Below, in pieces: positions 46,145-57,058 of a stretch of 64,000 nt of DNA (positions are counted from its first letter, which is position 1; every line of letters starts with the position of its first letter). The stretch covers positions 17,395 to 81,394 of the forward strand of contig CAMTUN010000030.1 of the NCBI GenBank assembly GCA_947084915.1, read 5' to 3'. Source of the DNA: an uncultured beta proteobacterium. Lineage in GTDB: Bacteria > Pseudomonadota > Gammaproteobacteria > Burkholderiales > Rhodocyclaceae. Under the pieces are notes generated by a model. It made no database searches and had not been told where the DNA came from. It saw only the letters and a list, made by a program, of their open reading frames with translations. The translations under genes and the position numbers were made by a program.

Positions 46145-46789
46145 ATGCCACCCCTTCGACACCTGTTAGAGGCCAACCGGAACTGGGCCGCACGAATTCA
46201 GGCGGAAGACCCCGCCTTCTTCGACAAGCTGTCGCGCCTGCAAACCCCCCAGTACCTGTGGATCGGCTGCTCCGACAGCCGGGTGCCGGCCAACCAGATC
46301 ACCGGACTTGCCCCAGGGGAAGTATTCGTCCATCGCAACGTCGCCAATATCGTGGTGCACAGCGACCTCAACTGCCTGTCGGTACTGCAATACGCGGTGG
46401 ATGCTTTGAAGGTGAGGCATGTCATCGTCTGCGGCCATTACGGCTGCGGCGGCGTGCGCGCCGCACTGTCGGACGAGCGGCTCGGCCTCATCGACAACTG
46501 GCTGTGCCACATCCAGGATGTGCGCGACAAGCATGCCGCGCCGCTGGCGCCGCTGAATGGGGAGGCAAAGTTCGACCGTCTGTGCGAACTCAACGTCATC
46601 GAGCAGGTCGTTAACGTTGCCCGCACCACCATCCTGCGTGATGCCTGGCTGCGCGGCCAGCCCATTTCGCTGCATGGCTGGATTTACGGCCTGTCCGACG
46701 GGCGCCTGCGCGACCTCGGTGTATCGATCAGCGATCTTGCCGACATCGAGACCGCTCAAGGCAATGCCCTTGCGAATCTGGCTCCATGA
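46145..46789 (+). CDS. can: Beta-carbonic anhydrase
   Basis: GCSDSRV, FVHRNVAN, GHYGCGG. Confidence 0.96.
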   Translation: MPPLRHLLEANRNWAARIQAEDPAFFDKLSRLQTPQYLWIGCSDSRVPANQITGLAPGEVFVHRNVANIVVHSDLNCLSVLQYAVDALKVRHVIVCGHYGCGGVRAALSDERLGLIDNWLCHIQDVRDKHAAPLAPLNGEAKFDRLCELNVIEQVVNVARTTILRDAWLRGQPISLHGWIYGLSDGRLRDLGVSISDLADIETAQGNALANLAP

Positions 46790-47445
46790 ACTGCAGGATT
46801 GACATCGTCTTTGCCGGAGTCGTTCGCCCTTTGCCACCGAATGGACACCCTTCCGGAATCATCAAGGAAGCCGTTGGCGGCCCTGTCCTGCTCGGCCCGC
46901 TCGGCCTGGAAGGAGACATGCAGGCCGACCGCAAGGTGCACGGCGGGCCGGACAAGGCGTTGCACCACTACCCGGCCGAGCACTACACCGCATTTCGCCA
47001 GGCCTATCCGGACTGCGCCACGCAATTCGTCCCCGGCAGCATCGGCGAGAACGTGTCGACCACCGGCTGGACCGAGGAGACGGTATGCGTCGGCGACATC
47101 TTCCGCATCGGCGCGGCCCGCGTGCAGGTGACCCAGCCGCGCAGCCCCTGCTGGAAGATCAACGCCCGCTATGGCCTGGAGGATGCCCTGCAGCTCGTCG
47201 CCGAACGCGGCATCACCGGCTGGTACTGCCGCGTCATCGAAGGCGGCAGCATCGCCGCGGGCGATCCTTTCGAATTGCTCGAACGCAATCCCGATCCGGT
47301 CACGCTGCGCCATCTGTGGCAGGTCACGCGCAGCCATCGGCCAGTGTCGACGGAGCTTTCGCGCCTCGCGTGGACGCGGGGCCTTTCCGAGAGCTGGGCG
47401 GAGAAACTGCGCGGACGCCTCGAGTGGCTGCGGCAGAACGGCTGA
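46786..47445 (+). CDS. MOSC-domain protein (YiiM-like)
   Basis: HGGPDKA, GEN, QPRSPCWK, GWYCRV; C-terminal 3-alpha domain. Confidence 0.9.
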   Translation: MNCRIDIVFAGVVRPLPPNGHPSGIIKEAVGGPVLLGPLGLEGDMQADRKVHGGPDKALHHYPAEHYTAFRQAYPDCATQFVPGSIGENVSTTGWTEETVCVGDIFRIGAARVQVTQPRSPCWKINARYGLEDALQLVAERGITGWYCRVIEGGSIAAGDPFELLERNPDPVTLRHLWQVTRSHRPVSTELSRLAWTRGLSESWAEKLRGRLEWLRQNG

Positions 47446-47446
47446 C

Positions 47447-48646
47447 ATGAATCTCTGGCTGCGTGTCTTCCTGCCCTTTGCGGTCGGCTACTACTTGTCG
47501 TACTTCCTGCGCAATGCCAACGCCGTCATCGCGCCGGTGCTGTCGAACGAGCTGGCGCTCTCGCCGGCCGACCTCGGTCTGCTCACTAGCACCTATCTCC
47601 TGGTTTTCGGCGCCTTCCAGATTCCCCTCGGCATCCTGCTCGACCGCTACGGCCCGCGCCGGGTCGAAGCGGGGCTGCTGCTGATCGCGGCGGCCGGCGC
47701 GGCGCTGTTCGCATTTGGCCGCGACCTGACCGAGCTGACCCTCGCCCGCGGCCTGATCGGGCTGGGCGTGTCGGCCTGCCTGATGGCGGCCTTCAAGGGC
47801 TTCACGCAATGGTTCCCGCCGGAAAAGCAGGCTTCGCTCACCGGCGCCATCATGGCCGCCGGCGGCCTGGGCGCACTCACCGCCAGCGTGCCGCTCGAAA
47901 TGACGCTGCCACTGCTCGGCTGGCGCGGCGCCTTCATCGCACTGTCCGTGGCCGCTATTGCCGCCGCCGCCTTCATTTTCTTCTCCCTGCCGGAACGAAA
48001 GGCGGAAACCCAGGCCGACACGCTCAGGGAACAATTGCGCAGCATCGGGGTAATCTTCGGCGATCGCCGCTTCTGGCGCTTCGCGCCGCAGATGGCGCTC
48101 TTCCCGGGCGCCTTCATGGCGCTGCAGGGTCTCTGGGCCGTGCCCTGGCTGATGAATGTTTCGGGCGCCACGCGCGCCGTCGCCGCGGAACATCTGCTGG
48201 CGATGGGGCTGGCCATGCTGGTGTGCAACCTCGGCGTCGCCACACTGGCCACGCGCCTGTCGCGGGCCGGCATTCAGCCCATCATGCTGCTCACCGGCGG
48301 CACCGGCCTGGCGCTCGCCTGCGAAGGCATCATCATCCTCGGCCTCGGCCCGACATTGCCGCTGTGGGCCGGTTTTGCGCTATTCGTCAGTACCGGCACG
48401 CTGGCCTACGCGTTGCTGGCCGCGCTGTTTCCCGCATCGCTTTCGGGACGCGTCACCACCGCGCTCAACCTGCTCGCCTTTATCGGCGCCTTCGGGCTGC
48501 AGTGGGGCATCGGCCTGGTCGTCGAGGCCTTGCTGTCTTTTGGCGTCGTCGAAACCGCTGCCTATCGCGCCGCCTTCGCGGCAATGTTCCTCATGCAGGC
48601 GTCGGCCTATGCCTGGTTCGTCCTGGAAGGGCGCCGTCAGGCCTGA
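47447..48646 (+). CDS. MFS transporter
   Basis: GILLDRYGPRR motif A; 12 TMs. Confidence 0.9.
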   Translation: MNLWLRVFLPFAVGYYLSYFLRNANAVIAPVLSNELALSPADLGLLTSTYLLVFGAFQIPLGILLDRYGPRRVEAGLLLIAAAGAALFAFGRDLTELTLARGLIGLGVSACLMAAFKGFTQWFPPEKQASLTGAIMAAGGLGALTASVPLEMTLPLLGWRGAFIALSVAAIAAAAFIFFSLPERKAETQADTLREQLRSIGVIFGDRRFWRFAPQMALFPGAFMALQGLWAVPWLMNVSGATRAVAAEHLLAMGLAMLVCNLGVATLATRLSRAGIQPIMLLTGGTGLALACEGIIILGLGPTLPLWAGFALFVSTGTLAYALLAALFPASLSGRVTTALNLLAFIGAFGLQWGIGLVVEALLSFGVVETAAYRAAFAAMFLMQASAYAWFVLEGRRQA

Positions 48647-48649
48647 GTC

Positions 48650-48943
48650 TCAGACAAAGACCGCGATATCAGACAGGGGTTTGCGCTGGATGTCGGGAAC
48701 CTGCGCGCCTTCGGCCGGATAGCCCGCCACCACGAACTGCCACGGCTGCAGATTCGCCCCGCTCGGCGCCGTCCCCGCCGTCCTCAGGCAGTCCTCGATG
48801 ATCTGGCGCGCTACCGGGCGGTCGGAGAAATCGCGAACGGTGCGGCGTCGATTCATGTCGGCGTAGAACGCCCTTGTCCGCCGGGCCATCTCCCCGGACG
48901 GATACTCGACATAGGAACTCAGCGGCACGAAATGGGCTGGCAT
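48650..48943 (-). pseudogene. Internally deleted iodotyrosine-deiodinase-like nitroreductase (97 aa)
   Basis: N-terminal [24 protein letters not shown] fused directly to the C-terminal [17 protein letters not shown]; the central lid/core is missing. Confidence 0.8.
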
Positions 48944-48978
48944 TTTTCCTCCTTGGGGTAGCTTCTGTCTCTGGAAAA

Positions 48979-51159
48979 TCAGAATTCCAGCGGATCGACG
49001 TCGATATGCCAACGCAGGGCTCTGGGCGTCTTCTGGCTGCGTATCGCCGCCAACCACTGCGCGAGAAAGGCCTGCAGCGCCGGCCGGCTGGCCGACTCGG
49101 CCAGCAACTGGGCGCGCTCGAGATGCGCCAGGCGATGCAGCCGCATCGGCACGGCATCGTAGAGCGACACCTCCGCAGGCCGTAGCGTGTCGCCTGTCTC
49201 GCCGGCCGCCTTGAGAAAGGCCAGAGCCTGGGCGAGTTCCGGCGCTTCCGCGCGCAACATCGCCTGGTGCGTACTGGGCGGAAAGCCGGCCCGCTCGCGC
49301 TCCGCCAGTTGGGCCTCGGCGAAATTGGCATAGTCATGCGTGGCCAATGCCCTGTAGAGGGGATGGTCAGGATACTGCGTCTGGATCAGCACCTCGCCCG
49401 GCAGGGCGGCACGGCCGCTGCGGCCGCCCACCTGCATCAACTGCGAAAACAAGCGCTCCGGCGCACGAAAATCGGCTGCGAACAGCGCCGCGTCGGCGTT
49501 CAACACACCGACCAGGGTCAGCAGGGGAAAGTCGTGGCCCTTGGCCAGCATCTGCGTGCCAACCAGGATGTCAGCCCGGCCATTGTGAATCGCCTCGAGC
49601 AGGGCATGCCATTGCTTCGGATTCTTCGCGCTGTCCCGGTCAACACGCACGATGCGCGCCTGCGGAAAGCGGGCGGTCAGCGTCTCTTCCAGTCGCTGCG
49701 TGCCGCGGCCGAAGGGGTGGATATCCTGATTGCCGCAAGTCGGGCAGGCGGTGGGGATGCGCTCCTCGCGCCCGCAGTGGTGGCAGCGCAGCCTGCGATC
49801 AGCCAGATGCACCACCAGATTCGCCGCGCAACCTGGGCAGCGGCTCGCCCAACCACAGGAGGGGCAGGCCAGCACTGGCGCGTAGCCGCGGCGGTTGAGG
49901 AATATCAGGCTCTGCTCGCCCCGTTCCAGTCTGGCGGCGAGCGCACGCAGTATGTGCTCGCTCATGCCGTCCTGCAGTTTTTCTCGCCGTATGTCTACGC
50001 AGCGCACTTCGGGCAACGCTTCGGCCACTGCCCGGCGCGGCAACGCCAGCAGCCGGTAGCGGCCGGACTGCGCAGCGGCCCAGCTCTCAAGCGATGGCGT
50101 GGCGGAACCAAGGATGATGGGCACCCCGCGTTGCTTGGCGCGCCACACCGCCACATCGCGCGCCGAGTAGCGCATGCCCTCCTGCTGCTTGAAGGAAGAA
50201 TCATGTTCTTCGTCCACCACCATCAGCGCCAAGCGCGGCAGCGGGGTAAACACAGACAGTCGCGTGCCCAGCACGATGTCCGCTTCACCGCACATGGCCT
50301 GGAGAAATCCTGCCGCCCTTGCCCCATCGGCCAAACTGCTGTGCAGGCTGATCAGGCGCGCGCCGGGAAAGCGATTGCTCACCCTCGCTTCGAGTTGCGG
50401 CGTCAGCGCAATCTCCGGCACCAGCAGCAATGCCTGGCCGCCACGCTCAAGCGCCTGTTCGATCAGACGCAAATACACTTCCGTCTTGCCGCTGCCGGTG
50501 ACGCCATGCAGCAAGAAAGGCTCGAAGCGATCGAAGGATTGCGCCACGCTGTCCACCGCCAGGCGCTGCTCTTCCAGCAAATCTGGCCCCGCCACCGCCT
50601 TTAAGTTAGGCGCCTCGATGCTCGCAAGCAGCCAGCCTTTCTCCAGCAAGTCCGGCAATTGTTTCATGGCCGAGGCAGAAACTGAGCGCAGATCCCGGCG
50701 CGACATCGATCCATTCAGTTCCAGCGCAGCAAGCAGGTGCGCGGCAATGCTGCGTTGCGACAGCAGCGGAAGTGCATGGCGGCCTTCTTCCGTAATGCGG
50801 AATGTTTCCCGGTCAGGCACGCGCGGCAGCGCATCGCGCCGGCGCAGCGCCGGCGGCAAAGCCAGGGCAATGACTTCTCCGATGGGATGCTGATAGTAGC
50901 GGCTGCAGAAATCGGCCAGCTCCAGCCAGTCCGGCGGGAAGGGGGGCGCATCGCGCAGGATGGCGCGCACCGGCCTGAGTTTTTCCGGTGGCAAGTCGCT
51001 TGCCGCAAGTACTTCCAGAATGACGCCTATCTTTTCGCTGCGGCCGAATGGCACGCTGACGCGTCGCCCGACATCGCCTGCACTCGCATCGGGCGCGAGA
51101 TAATCGAAGCCGCGTGGCAACGGAACATCGAGCGCAACACGCACAATCGACGAAGTCAT
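48979..51159 (-). CDS. priA: Primosomal protein N'
   Basis: [16 protein letters not shown], Cys-rich zinc region, [16 protein letters not shown]. Confidence 0.97.
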   Translation of the reverse strand: MTSSIVRVALDVPLPRGFDYLAPDASAGDVGRRVSVPFGRSEKIGVILEVLAASDLPPEKLRPVRAILRDAPPFPPDWLELADFCSRYYQHPIGEVIALALPPALRRRDALPRVPDRETFRITEEGRHALPLLSQRSIAAHLLAALELNGSMSRRDLRSVSASAMKQLPDLLEKGWLLASIEAPNLKAVAGPDLLEEQRLAVDSVAQSFDRFEPFLLHGVTGSGKTEVYLRLIEQALERGGQALLLVPEIALTPQLEARVSNRFPGARLISLHSSLADGARAAGFLQAMCGEADIVLGTRLSVFTPLPRLALMVVDEEHDSSFKQQEGMRYSARDVAVWRAKQRGVPIILGSATPSLESWAAAQSGRYRLLALPRRAVAEALPEVRCVDIRREKLQDGMSEHILRALAARLERGEQSLIFLNRRGYAPVLACPSCGWASRCPGCAANLVVHLADRRLRCHHCGREERIPTACPTCGNQDIHPFGRGTQRLEETLTARFPQARIVRVDRDSAKNPKQWHALLEAIHNGRADILVGTQMLAKGHDFPLLTLVGVLNADAALFAADFRAPERLFSQLMQVGGRSGRAALPGEVLIQTQYPDHPLYRALATHDYANFAEAQLAERERAGFPPSTHQAMLRAEAPELAQALAFLKAAGETGDTLRPAEVSLYDAVPMRLHRLAHLERAQLLAESASRPALQAFLAQWLAAIRSQKTPRALRWHIDVDPLEF

Positions 51160-51254
51160 ATCAAGAAATTTCGTGTAGCACTTGGCTTGGTTTCACATCT
51201 TCGCGCGAAGTATTGAAATCATTGCTAAGGTACTGCAATAAAAGCGCAATAATC

Positions 51255-51452
51255 TTTTCCACAAAATCTGTGGATAACTTTGTGGGAAACCCCTTCGCTT
51301 TCTCGCTAACCCCGCTTCAGTCAAGGCATTCCCTTACTTTGCTCAGAAAATAACCAAAATAATCTCATTGAAAAACAAAGATATAACAATGTGTCTTAGG
51401 CATGAAGAAAGTGAGGTGTTTTTTCCAGGCTGGAGCAGGCTGTTGTGCATAA
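51255..51452. promoter_or_regulatory. DnaA-box cluster (DARS-like or oriC-associated)
   Basis: TTTTCCACA-AAATC-TGTGGATAA-CTT-TGTGGGAAA (51255-51289) and TGTGCATAA (51444-51452) in an AT-rich 445-bp intergenic region. Confidence 0.7.
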
Positions 51453-51604
51453 GTCAACCCCCCTGAACCCTCCCGGAGCACTTTTTTTAGTTACGGCGTA
51501 ACCTAAAAATTAGCCTTCACTGAAACTTCGTTTCATGTGGTTTTCGGCTGGGGTACCGCGCCAACCCGCGCCCAGTCTGGCTTCCAGCGAGGAGGGGCGA
51601 AGAC

Positions 51605-52672
51605 CTAGATTTGACGCAGCCTGCGGCTGTGTTCGTGAACGGCATTCACCAGCGCGGTGACATGTTCCGGCGGCGTGAATTGGGAAATGCCGTGGCCAAG
51701 ATTGAAGACGTGGCCGCTGCCCGGACCGAAGGCATCGAGGATCGCGCGCGCCTCCAGTGCGATTTTTTCCGGCTGCGCGAACAGCGCGACAGGATCGAGA
51801 TTGCCCTGAAGCGCCACCCTGTCGCCGATACGCTTGCGTGCCGCGCCGATGTCGGTGGTCCAGTCCAGGCCGACTGCGTCACAACCGATTGAAGCAATCT
51901 CCTCCAGCCATTGCCCACCGCCCTTGGTAAACACAATGCACGGGACGCGCGCACCGTCGTGTTCGCGTATCAATCCATCCACGATGCGTTCCATATAGGC
52001 AAGCGAGAACTCGCGGTAGGCGCGGTGCGAGAGCGCGCCGCCCCAAGTGTCGAAGATCATCACGGCCTGGGCGCCGGATTCGATCTGGGCGTTGAGGTAA
52101 GCGGTCACTGCGCTGGTATTCACTTCCAATACATGGTGCAACAGTTCCGGTCGGTCGTAGAGCATGGACTTGATGCTGCGAAAATCCGCCGAAGCGCCGC
52201 CCTCGATCATGTAGCAGGCCAGGGTAAACGGGCTGCCGGAAAATCCAATCAACGGCACCGAGTTGTCCAGTGCGCGACGAATCTCCGCCACCGCATCCAT
52301 GACATAGCGCAGTTCCACGCCCGGATCGGGCGCGGTCAGGTTGCGGATTTCCCACTCCTCGCGCAACGGACGCTCGAACTTCGGCCCCTCGCCCTCGACG
52401 AAATACAGGCCGAGGCCCATCGCGTCGGGTACGGTGAGGATGTCGGAAAACAGGATCGCCGCGTCGAGGTCGTAGCGCGCCAGAGGCTGCAATGTGACCT
52501 CCGTGGCCAGCTGTGCATTGCGGCACAAATCCATGAAGCTGCCGGCGCGGCGGCGTGTTTCGCAGTATTCAGGCAGATAGCGGCCAGCCTGGCGCATCAG
52601 CCAGACCGGCGTGAAGTCGGTCGGCTGGCGCAGCAATGCGCGGAGAAAAGTGTCGTTTTTAGGTTTGTTCAT
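51605..52672 (-). CDS. hemE: Uroporphyrinogen decarboxylase
   Basis: [31 protein letters not shown]. Confidence 0.98.
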   Translation of the reverse strand: MNKPKNDTFLRALLRQPTDFTPVWLMRQAGRYLPEYCETRRRAGSFMDLCRNAQLATEVTLQPLARYDLDAAILFSDILTVPDAMGLGLYFVEGEGPKFERPLREEWEIRNLTAPDPGVELRYVMDAVAEIRRALDNSVPLIGFSGSPFTLACYMIEGGASADFRSIKSMLYDRPELLHHVLEVNTSAVTAYLNAQIESGAQAVMIFDTWGGALSHRAYREFSLAYMERIVDGLIREHDGARVPCIVFTKGGGQWLEEIASIGCDAVGLDWTTDIGAARKRIGDRVALQGNLDPVALFAQPEKIALEARAILDAFGPGSGHVFNLGHGISQFTPPEHVTALVNAVHEHSRRLRQI

Positions 52673-52684
52673 GGCGCAAGTTTA

Positions 52685-54142
52685 CTACTTGCGCCAGAAA
52701 GCGGGCGTCAGAACCACCAACAGGGTGAAAATCTCCAGCCGCCCCAATAGCATGGCGAAACTGCACACCCACATCTGGAAATCGTTGAAGACGCCGTAAT
52801 TGCTGTCCGGGCCGACCAGGCCGAGGCCGGGGCCGGTGTTGTTGAAGCAGGCCACCGCAGCGGAAAAGGAAGTCACGATGTCGAGACCGCTCGCCGCCAG
52901 CACCAACGTGAAACCGATGGTGCATACCATGTATAAAAAGCCGAAGCCGAGTACAGCCAGGATGATCTTGTTCGACACGATCGTGCCACCCAGCTTGACG
53001 TAGGTCGTCGCATTCGGATGCATGGCATGGGTGATCTCGCGAAACACCTGCTTGTACAGCACGATGGCGCGCATCATCTTGATGCCGCCCCCGGTCGACC
53101 CCGAGCAGGTGACGAAGCTGCACAGGAACAGCATCCATAGCGGCGCGAAGAACGGCCATCGCGAATAGTCTGTCGAGGAGTAACCCAGCGTCGTCGCGAC
53201 CGACACCGTATTGAAGGCGGCATGGCGCAGCGCGGTTGCAAATTCGGTGTAGAAATTCTGATGCCAGAGGTAGGCCGCGATCAGCAGCACGCTCGCACCA
53301 AGCACCCCCAGATAGAAGGACACTTCCCCATCGCGCCAGTAGGGGCGGAGGCTGCGGCCGGAGATGGCGGCGAAGTGGGTCACGTAGCTCATGCCGGAGA
53401 TCAGCGCGAAGGCGATGGTGATCGCTTCCAGTGCCGGCGAATTGAAGAAGCCCAGGCTGGCATCGTGGCTGGAGAAGCCGCCCAGCGCCACGGTGCTGAA
53501 GGCATGGGTCAGCGCGTCCAGCCAACTCATGCCGAACAGGCCATAGGCCAATGTGCACAGGGCAATCAGCACAAGGTAGATGACCCAGAAGCCCTTGGCG
53601 GTTTCCGCCACGCGCGGTGTGATGCCGGTCTCCTTGACCGGGCCGGGCACCTCGGCCTTCATCAACTGCCGGCCGCCGACGCCGAGCAACGGCAGGATGG
53701 CCACCGCCAGCACGATGATGCCCAAACCGCCGATCGAGTGCAGTTCGGTGCGCCACAGATTGATCGAGGGCGGCAGACTGTCCAGTCCCGAGAGCGCGGT
53801 CGCGCCGGTCGCCGTCAGCCCGGACACCGCTTCGAAGTATGCATCGGCAACGTGCAACCCGGGTATGCCCAGCATGAGGGGTACGGCAGCGATGGCCGGC
53901 AGGAGCAGCCAGCACATCACCACCAGCAACACGCCGTCGTTGGCGCGCAGTTCACGGCGGAAACGCTGCGTCGCCCGCAGAACAATGCCACCGCCCACCA
54001 GCGTCCCGAGAAAGGCTTCGTCGAAAGCGCCGTGCGCGCCGTCGCCGATCCACCAGGAAACGCCGATCGGCAGCAGCATCGCCAGACCGAACACCAGCGC
54101 GATGCGTGAAAAGGTGTGGATGACGGCAAGCAGGCGCTCCAT
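52685..54142 (-). CDS. trkH: Trk potassium uptake membrane protein (copy 2)
   Basis: FEAVSGLTATG, GGFS, GSTGGGIK, NNTGPG, GRLE. Confidence 0.95.
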   Translation of the reverse strand: MERLLAVIHTFSRIALVFGLAMLLPIGVSWWIGDGAHGAFDEAFLGTLVGGGIVLRATQRFRRELRANDGVLLVVMCWLLLPAIAAVPLMLGIPGLHVADAYFEAVSGLTATGATALSGLDSLPPSINLWRTELHSIGGLGIIVLAVAILPLLGVGGRQLMKAEVPGPVKETGITPRVAETAKGFWVIYLVLIALCTLAYGLFGMSWLDALTHAFSTVALGGFSSHDASLGFFNSPALEAITIAFALISGMSYVTHFAAISGRSLRPYWRDGEVSFYLGVLGASVLLIAAYLWHQNFYTEFATALRHAAFNTVSVATTLGYSSTDYSRWPFFAPLWMLFLCSFVTCSGSTGGGIKMMRAIVLYKQVFREITHAMHPNATTYVKLGGTIVSNKIILAVLGFGFLYMVCTIGFTLVLAASGLDIVTSFSAAVACFNNTGPGLGLVGPDSNYGVFNDFQMWVCSFAMLLGRLEIFTLLVVLTPAFWRK

Positions 54143-54144
54143 CC

Positions 54145-55602
54145 CTACTTCCTCCAGAAGGTCGGAGAGAACACCACCAGCAGGGTGAAGATCTCCAGCC
54201 GGCCGAGCAGCATGGCGATGCTGCACACCCAGGTCTGGAAGTCCGTCAGCGACTTGTAGGTGGTGGCCGGGCCGACCTCGCCCAGGCCGGGGCCGGTGTT
54301 GTTGAAGCTCGCCACCACGGCGGAGAAGCCGGTGACCACATCCAGACCCGAGAAGACCATCAGCAAAGTCAACGAAACGAGGATCACCATATAGGCAAAG
54401 CAGAAGGCCAGCACGGCAAAGATGATTTTGTTGGGCAGCGGCGCACCGGACAGCTTGACCGCGCGCACCGCGCTGGGGTGCACCGTTCTGACGATCTCGC
54501 GCATTACCTGGCGGAAAACGATGATGGCCCGCATCATCTTGATGCCGCCGCCGGTCGATCCGGCGCAGGTGACGAAGCTGCACAGGAACAGCATCCACAG
54601 CGGTGCGAAGAAGGGCCACTGCGCGTAGTCGGTGTTGGCGTAGCCGGTAGTGGTGGCAATGGACACCACGTTGAAGGCGGCGAAGCGCAGCGCCGTGACG
54701 AAATCCGGATAGGTGCCGGCCAGCCAGAGATAGGCGGCAATGCCCAGCACGCTGGCATACATCACGCCGACGTACCAGCGGATCTCCGGATCCAGCCAAT
54801 AGAAGGAGAGCGAACGCCGGCGCAGCGCCATGAAGTGCGTGGCGAAGTTCATGCCGGCCAGCGTCATGAAGACGATGGCCACCGCCTCGATGCGCGGCGA
54901 GTTGAAGTAAGCGTAGGAGGCATCATGGCTGGAAAAACCGCCCAGTCCGAGCGTGGTGAACATGTGGATGAAGGCATCGCCCCAGCTCATGCCGGCCCAG
55001 AAATAACCGAGCGTGCAGGCGATTGCCAGGGCCAGGTAGACCAGCCAGAGTCCTTTCGCCGTTTGCGCCATGCGCGGCGTCAGCCTGGTTTCCTTGATGG
55101 GGCCGGGCGATTCCGCCGAGAACAGTTGCCGTCCGCCGACGCCGAGCAGCGGCAGGATCGCCACCGCCAGCACGATCAATCCCATGCCGCCGAGGAAGAC
55201 CAGTTCTGCGCGCCAGAGATTGACTGAGTAGGGCAGCACGTCCAGCCCCTCGATCACCGTAGACCCGGTCGTGGTGAGTCCGGACACGGCCTCGAAATAG
55301 GCATCGGTGAAACTCATCGCCGGGAAGAAAACCATGAAGGGAATGGCGGCGAACACCGGCACCAGCACCCAGACCAGGGACACCAGCAGAAACCCGTCGC
55401 GCACGCGCAACTCGTCGGTGTGCCGGCGCGTAAACAGCAATAGCATCACTGCCGTGAAGAAGGTCGCCGCGCTTCCGATCTGAAAAGCCCCCGCGGCCGA
55501 GTCCTGCTCCAGGTACGCAACGAGTGCAGGCGGCAGCATGGTCAGTGAAAACACCAGCAGCACCAGCGCGAAAACGCGCAATACCGCCAGCGGGTTGCTC
55601 AT
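54145..55602 (-). CDS. trkH: Trk potassium uptake membrane protein (copy 1)
   Basis: FEAVSGLTTTG, GSTGGGIK, NNTGPG, GRLE. Confidence 0.95.
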   Translation of the reverse strand: MSNPLAVLRVFALVLLVFSLTMLPPALVAYLEQDSAAGAFQIGSAATFFTAVMLLLFTRRHTDELRVRDGFLLVSLVWVLVPVFAAIPFMVFFPAMSFTDAYFEAVSGLTTTGSTVIEGLDVLPYSVNLWRAELVFLGGMGLIVLAVAILPLLGVGGRQLFSAESPGPIKETRLTPRMAQTAKGLWLVYLALAIACTLGYFWAGMSWGDAFIHMFTTLGLGGFSSHDASYAYFNSPRIEAVAIVFMTLAGMNFATHFMALRRRSLSFYWLDPEIRWYVGVMYASVLGIAAYLWLAGTYPDFVTALRFAAFNVVSIATTTGYANTDYAQWPFFAPLWMLFLCSFVTCAGSTGGGIKMMRAIIVFRQVMREIVRTVHPSAVRAVKLSGAPLPNKIIFAVLAFCFAYMVILVSLTLLMVFSGLDVVTGFSAVVASFNNTGPGLGEVGPATTYKSLTDFQTWVCSIAMLLGRLEIFTLLVVFSPTFWRK

Positions 55603-55630
55603 CGGCCGCTCCCCATTCGCATACTGCGGA

Positions 55631-57058
55631 TCACACGAAAGCGAAGCCGACCTGAAAGAGCTTCTCCACCTTCGGCACCAGGCGCTTCGAGACAACGAAG
55701 ACGATGACATGGTCGCCGGCCTGGATCACCGTGTCATGGTGCGCCATGATCACCTTGTACTGCCGCTCCCCGGCCAGGTCGTCGCGCTGCACCGCAGTTT
55801 CCTTCTGTTGCAACTGGCGCACGATGGCGCCAATGGTGGCGCCCTTGATGATCGGCAGATCCTCGATGCGGCGGCCGACCACCTGCGAGGACTTTTCGTC
55901 GCCGTGCACCACCAGCTCGAGCGCCTCGGCGGCGCCACGGCGCAGGCTATGCACCGCCGCCACGTCGCCTCGCCGCACATGGGCCAGCAGGGTGCCGATG
56001 GACGTTTGCGCCGGCGAGATGGCGATGTCGATCTGGCTGCCCTGCACCAGCTCGGCATAGGCGCGCCGGTTGATCAGTGCCACGACACGCTTGGCGCCCA
56101 TGCGCTTGGCCAGCAGCGCCGCCATGATGTTGTTCTCGTCGTCGTTGGTGAGCGCGATGAACATGTCCATCTGGTCGACGTTCTCGTCTTCGAGCAATTT
56201 TTCATCGGTCGCATCGCCCTGCAGAACCAGCGCGTTGCTGACATTCTCGGCCAGCCACTCGGCATGGCGCTTGTTGTGGTCGATCACCTTAACCTGGTAG
56301 TCGTTCTCGATGGCGCGCGTCAGCCGGTAGCCGATGTTACCGCCGCCGACGATCATGATCCGCTTGACCGGCTTATCCATGCGGCGCAGTTCGCGCATCA
56401 CTTGGCGGATGTCCTTCGTCGCCGCCAGGCAGAACACTTCATCGCCCGCCTCGATCACCGTGTCGCCCTCCGGAATGATCGGCGTATCCTGCCGGAAGAT
56501 GGCGGCAATGCGCGCATCGACCTGTGGAATGTGCTTGCGGATGTCCTTCAGCGGATGGCCGACCAGCGGCCCGCCCCCGAAGGCACGGACGGCCACCAGG
56601 CTGACCAGCCCGTCCGCGAACTCCAGCACCTGCAGCGCTTCGGGGAACTCGATCATCTTGACGATGTAGTCGGTGACGATCTGTTCCGGGCAGAGGGAGA
56701 AATCGACGGCGAAGTTCTCCGGCTTGAACAGCTCGGCGTAATCGCTAAAATCCGAGGAGCGCACGCGGGCTATGCGCGTCGGCAGGTTGAACAGGGCATG
56801 CGCCGTCTTGCAGGCGCACAGATTGGTCTGGTCGCTCTGCGTCACGGCGATCAGCAGGTCCGCGTCCTCTGCGCCCGCCCGTCGCAGCACCGACGGGCTC
56901 GAGGCATTCCCCGTCACGGTACGCAGATCGAGCCGGTCCTGCAGCATGGCAAGCCGCTCGGCATCGGTGTCTACAACCGTGATGTCGTTGGCCTCGGACA
57001 CCAGGCTTTCCGCCACGGAGGTGCCGACCTGGCCGGCACCCAGAATGATGATTTTCAT
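55631..57058 (-). CDS. trkA: Trk system RCK subunit
   Basis: MKIIILGAGQVG, second GGGNIG Rossmann motif. Confidence 0.97.
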   Translation of the reverse strand: MKIIILGAGQVGTSVAESLVSEANDITVVDTDAERLAMLQDRLDLRTVTGNASSPSVLRRAGAEDADLLIAVTQSDQTNLCACKTAHALFNLPTRIARVRSSDFSDYAELFKPENFAVDFSLCPEQIVTDYIVKMIEFPEALQVLEFADGLVSLVAVRAFGGGPLVGHPLKDIRKHIPQVDARIAAIFRQDTPIIPEGDTVIEAGDEVFCLAATKDIRQVMRELRRMDKPVKRIMIVGGGNIGYRLTRAIENDYQVKVIDHNKRHAEWLAENVSNALVLQGDATDEKLLEDENVDQMDMFIALTNDDENNIMAALLAKRMGAKRVVALINRRAYAELVQGSQIDIAISPAQTSIGTLLAHVRRGDVAAVHSLRRGAAEALELVVHGDEKSSQVVGRRIEDLPIIKGATIGAIVRQLQQKETAVQRDDLAGERQYKVIMAHHDTVIQAGDHVIVFVVSKRLVPKVEKLFQVGFAFV

